Part shown: in pieces, positions 38,775-42,139 of the stretch | How positions within the stretch are numbered: the first letter of the stretch is position 1 | How the letters are laid out: each line of letters begins with the position of its first letter | Source of the DNA: Lama guanicoe | Lineage: Eukaryota | Direction: 5' to 3' | NCBI GenBank assembly: GCA_013239625.1 | Contig: MU053561.1 | Span: 2,217,818 to 2,259,956 of the forward strand | DNA: 42,139 nt | Position numbers and translations under genes: made by a program | The notes under the pieces: model-generated | The model's input: only the letters and a program-made list of their open reading frames with translations | What the model was told of the DNA's origin: nothing | Database searches by the model: none

Positions 38775-39469
38775 CTGCTTAGTTCACATTTTCTATTTCC
38801 TAGTCCTTCTTTTCTTTCCTTTCTAATTTCACTCCTTTTTCTCCTGAGTAAATACTGTTTTCTTGTTCTGGTTTACAGCTATACAAATTTGTTCTTATAA
38901 TGGTTCTCCTTAACTTAAATCATATTTTCTTATCCATGTGTTTCTAATAATTTCTTTAACTTATCAAGCAGTGTATATGCTCACTAACAAGACAAATACA
39001 CCACCCTCTGATAATTCCTTGGTTTTCTCCCCACTCAGTTCCCTTCATGTTGGTATTAACTAGAATATTTGTTCTGTGTTATTACAGACACTTTTCTTTT
39101 GCTTTTCTTGGTCCTCAGCTTTTTATTAAGATAACAAAAATTCTATCAAGCCATTTAATCAACCATATATCCATATCTCTTGCATAAAAACATTTGAATA
39201 TGTATCTCTTTTTATTTTAGTATTTTGTCCACAATAATTATCATGCTTATTTTAAATCCATAAGAGCAACTGTTTTTGTTATTTCAATTTTTATATGTAC
39301 TGATGCTCAGTTCTCTAGTTATTTAGTCCTATAAGTTCATGTTTCTCTAAGGTGCTGACTACTGTGAAATGGAAAAAAGGCCTGACCCACATATTTGTAC
39401 CAATTCTGGTTTTCCAAAAGGAAGAAATTTGTGCCATGAGCTTAAACAGTACAAGGAAGAGAAAGGCAA

Positions 39470-39901
39470 AACTGAAATTAATCACTATGACTGTTTACCT
39501 AGACAACTCCAGATCTCAACTGGAAAAAAATTAAAAGTCTAAAACTACTTTGGGTCAAATAAGAATTAAAATGACACTACAGAACATTTAAAACATTAAT
39601 AAACATTTATTATGAGAACATGGGAATCAATTAAACCAGTTCTCAGAGAAAACCTTGTAACTCGAAAATTTGATACTGCTTAGTAAGAACAAATGAAAAC
39701 AACTACATTCTGAACATTCTACTGAGGAAGTAAGAAAAAGAATGACAAACTTGAGTAACAAAGTAGAAGAATCAGAAAAGCTAAACGCAGAAACTGATGA
39801 ATTAGAAATAAAGGGGGACCTAATCAAATGTACAAGCTTTTGCACAGCAAAGGAAACCGTAAACAAAAAAGACAACCTATGGACAATGAGAAAATATCTG
39901 C
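39470..39901 (+). mobile_element. Old L1 ORF2 fragment (to about 39805) abutting a younger L1 ORF2 fragment (about 39805-39901)
   Basis: ORF 39742..39939 switches to GDLIKCTSFCTAKETVNK, the same L1 segment as 26745-26840. Confidence 0.75.
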
Positions 39902-41170
39902 GACTTCCGGAAGATGGTGGAGTAGAAGGACGCTCATAAGTCACCCTCTCCCGCAAATACACCAAGACTCACATCTACAGACTCACTCAGCCAACCAGAG
40001 CACCTGCGGAACTCCAACAGATCATCGCCCTCTTCAAAAGATAAAGACACCAAAAATCTGGTAGGAGAAAAGGAAAAAAGAAAGAACAAAAGGCAAAGCA
40101 GCGCGGGACAGGTCCCACGGGGAGGGAGCGACAAAGGAGGACTGGCACTCCCCTCGCCAACTGAGAGGCCAGCGGGACGGAGGGGGAGCCTCCAAGGCTC
40201 GGGTCTGTACAGAGCAGCCCTTGTCTGACAGAACTAAGTTAAGGGCACACAGAGCGTCCCCCCGACACCCAGCCTGAGACACCGGCCGGCAGCGGCGGGC
40301 AGGGCCAGGCTGCGTAAGCCGGGCGGAGGACGGGGGCGGCTGCACGGAGGCAGCCCCCGGGAACTGCAAGGGGCTGGGCGCCGTGGCTGTGGGTGTACAG
40401 GACAGAACAACCTGGGCCCTCCATAAAACAGCAAGGTTGATGTGCTCTCGGAGGAAGGGTGCATACCACCATCTCTGAAAACCCGCGGAAACTTTTCAGG
40501 GGAAGAGAGGCGGGGCCCAGGCACAGCCGCCATATTCTCCTGCGCTGAGCACGCAGGCGGGGGCAGGGAATGGGGCGAAACCTGCATCCGCACCGAAGGG
40601 CTTAGCAGCCTCAAAGGCCAGACTGAGACGGGCCTACAGCCCAGGGCAGATAGGATCCTTTCATCCTAGTCCCTCAGAGAACTTGCTCCACAAAGACAAA
40701 CAAGGAGCTGGGTCTTGGCTCGGGGCAGGGACGAGGCTGTCCCTTGGTCTTCCCCGAGCCCACCCGCGGAGCGCGACCAGAGCGGAGCACCGGCCAGGGC
40801 GGAGCACGCAGCCGCACAGAGCAGCGGAGCTACCGGCGGCGCAGGCAAGGGGAGAGCGGCCCCCCGCCGGTGGGGCAGTAACACAGCCCCTGACCAAGGT
40901 CCTGGGAGGGGGCACGACCCGCCCTCCTACCTGGCCAGTCTGCAACATCTGACTGCGGCATCCGGAGGGGCAGTGACCTGCCCGCTCACAGCAGAGGAGA
41001 GCTGCACCTGACCCTGTTAGGAGGAGGCGCGGCTTGCCGACAGGTGCTGGGAGCAGCACAGAAGAAGGCGCCAACGGAGGGCCTCTGAAAACAAGCTGAG
41101 CTTCCAAAACAGGACGAAGACAGAAAGACTTCATATTAAAAGCACACAGACTCCAGGAGAACACCGACAA
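39902..41170 (+). promoter_or_regulatory. L1 internal promoter / CpG island
   Basis: Abrupt GC- and CpG-rich block in an AT-rich intron; palindromic ETS-type CTTCCGGAAG (39904-39913) overlapping YY1-like AAGATGGTGG (39911-39920). Confidence 0.7.
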
Positions 41171-41207
41171 CCCCCTTTTTTTTTTTTAATCTGTTTTTTC
41201 CTGTTCT

Positions 41208-41338
41208 NNNNNNNNNNNNNNNNNNNNNNNNNNNNNNNNNNNNNNNNNNNNNNNNNNNNNNNNNNNNNNNNNNNNNNNNNNNNNNNNNNNNNNNNNNNNN
41301 NNNNNNNNNNNNNNNNNNNNNNNNNNNNNNNNNNNNNN
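41208..41338. other. Assembly gap (131 N)
   Basis: Run of N. Confidence 1.
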
Positions 41339-41592
41339 TTTTTTTTTTAAGGGTTTAAAAGGACGTCTCAACCCGATTACTACTCTGCTTCAACTCGCTC
41401 TTCTATTATTCATTATATACTGTTTTCAAACTCTCTTTCTCCCTTCTTTTAAAAATCTTTATTTTTTTCTTTTTTTCCCCTAAGTTCTATTCCTAAATAG
41501 GCATTAGATAGATAAAATCCTTAAGATCCAAAATAGACAACTGATACTCCATAAACCACAGTGCCAGAGAGGTATGAGCAAGATGAAGAAGC

Positions 41593-41997
41593 NNNNNNNN
41601 NNNNNNNNNNNNNNNNNNNNNNNNNNNNNNNNNNNNNNNNNNNNNNNNNNNNNNNNNNNNNNNNNNNNNNNNNNNNNNNNNNNNNNNNNNNNNNNNNNNN
41701 NNNNNNNNNNNNNNNNNNNNNNNNNNNNNNNNNNNNNNNNNNNNNNNNNNNNNNNNNNNNNNNNNNNNNNNNNNNNNNNNNNNNNNNNNNNNNNNNNNNN
41801 NNNNNNNNNNNNNNNNNNNNNNNNNNNNNNNNNNNNNNNNNNNNNNNNNNNNNNNNNNNNNNNNNNNNNNNNNNNNNNNNNNNNNNNNNNNNNNNNNNNN
41901 NNNNNNNNNNNNNNNNNNNNNNNNNNNNNNNNNNNNNNNNNNNNNNNNNNNNNNNNNNNNNNNNNNNNNNNNNNNNNNNNNNNNNNNNNNNNNNNNN
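41593..41997. other. Assembly gap (405 N) within L1 ORF1
   Basis: Run of N. Confidence 1.
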
Positions 41998-42139
41998 TGA
42001 AAACTTCCTTAAAGAAGGAATCAGATATCCAAGTACAGGAAGCTCAGAGGGTCCCAAACAGGAAGAACCCAAATAGACCCACACCAAGACATATCATAAT
42101 CAAGATGGCCAGAGTCAAGTCAAAAGAAATGATTCTAAA

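Larger units (their letters stand above)
39902..42139 (+). mobile_element. Young 5'-intact L1: GC-rich 5'UTR and ORF1, continuing beyond the window
   Basis: Begins gacttccggaagatggtggag; probable ORF1 ATG at 41574 (MSKMKK); after the gap reads KKESDIQVQEAQRVPNRKNPNRPTPRHIIIKMARVKSKEMILK (L1 ORF1p), with an apparent frameshift near 42010. Confidence 0.9.

Noticed and set aside
40034..41170. Cluster of overlapping ORFs on both strands as a novel gene
   Set aside because: Expected from stop-codon scarcity in a GC-rich L1 5'UTR; low-complexity Pro/Ala/Gly/Arg peptides.
41186..42087. Long ORFs containing X runs
   Set aside because: Artefacts of translation through N gaps; the real coding remnant is L1 ORF1 in another frame.

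Overview
Mammalian, most likely camelid (Camelus/Vicugna), intronic window. The species call is inferred from three tRNA-Ala-derived vic-1-type SINEs and the style of the L1 ends. The window covers five internal coding exons of MAN1A2 (Golgi alpha-1,2-mannosidase IB, GH47) on the minus strand: 37362-37480, 31850-31930, 13318-13412, 9172-9295 and 4723-4816. All have GT-AG boundaries and join into one 513-nt open frame; the sizes 119/81/95/124/94 match human exons 4-8 as I recall them. The rest is mostly transposon debris: old and young L1, L2, MIR, hAT DNA transposons and solo LTRs. A young, 5'-intact L1 with a CpG-island 5'UTR starts at about 39902, contains two assembly gaps and runs off the window end. 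No prokaryote-type system is present. The most unusual items are: (i) a TSD-flanked, polyadenylated ORF1-only (HAL1-like) chimeric retroelement whose 3'UTR carries antisense L1 ORF2 pieces (24150-25218); (ii) a tailless tRNA-Ile(UAU) 5'-half retropseudogene with a 15-bp TSD (4236-4304); (iii) lineage-specific inverted repeats beside the exon 5 donor used for circMAN1A2 back-splicing; and (iv) several atypical insertion structures. Repeat subfamily names are by-eye calls from remembered consensus sequences, and boundaries of old repeats are approximate.
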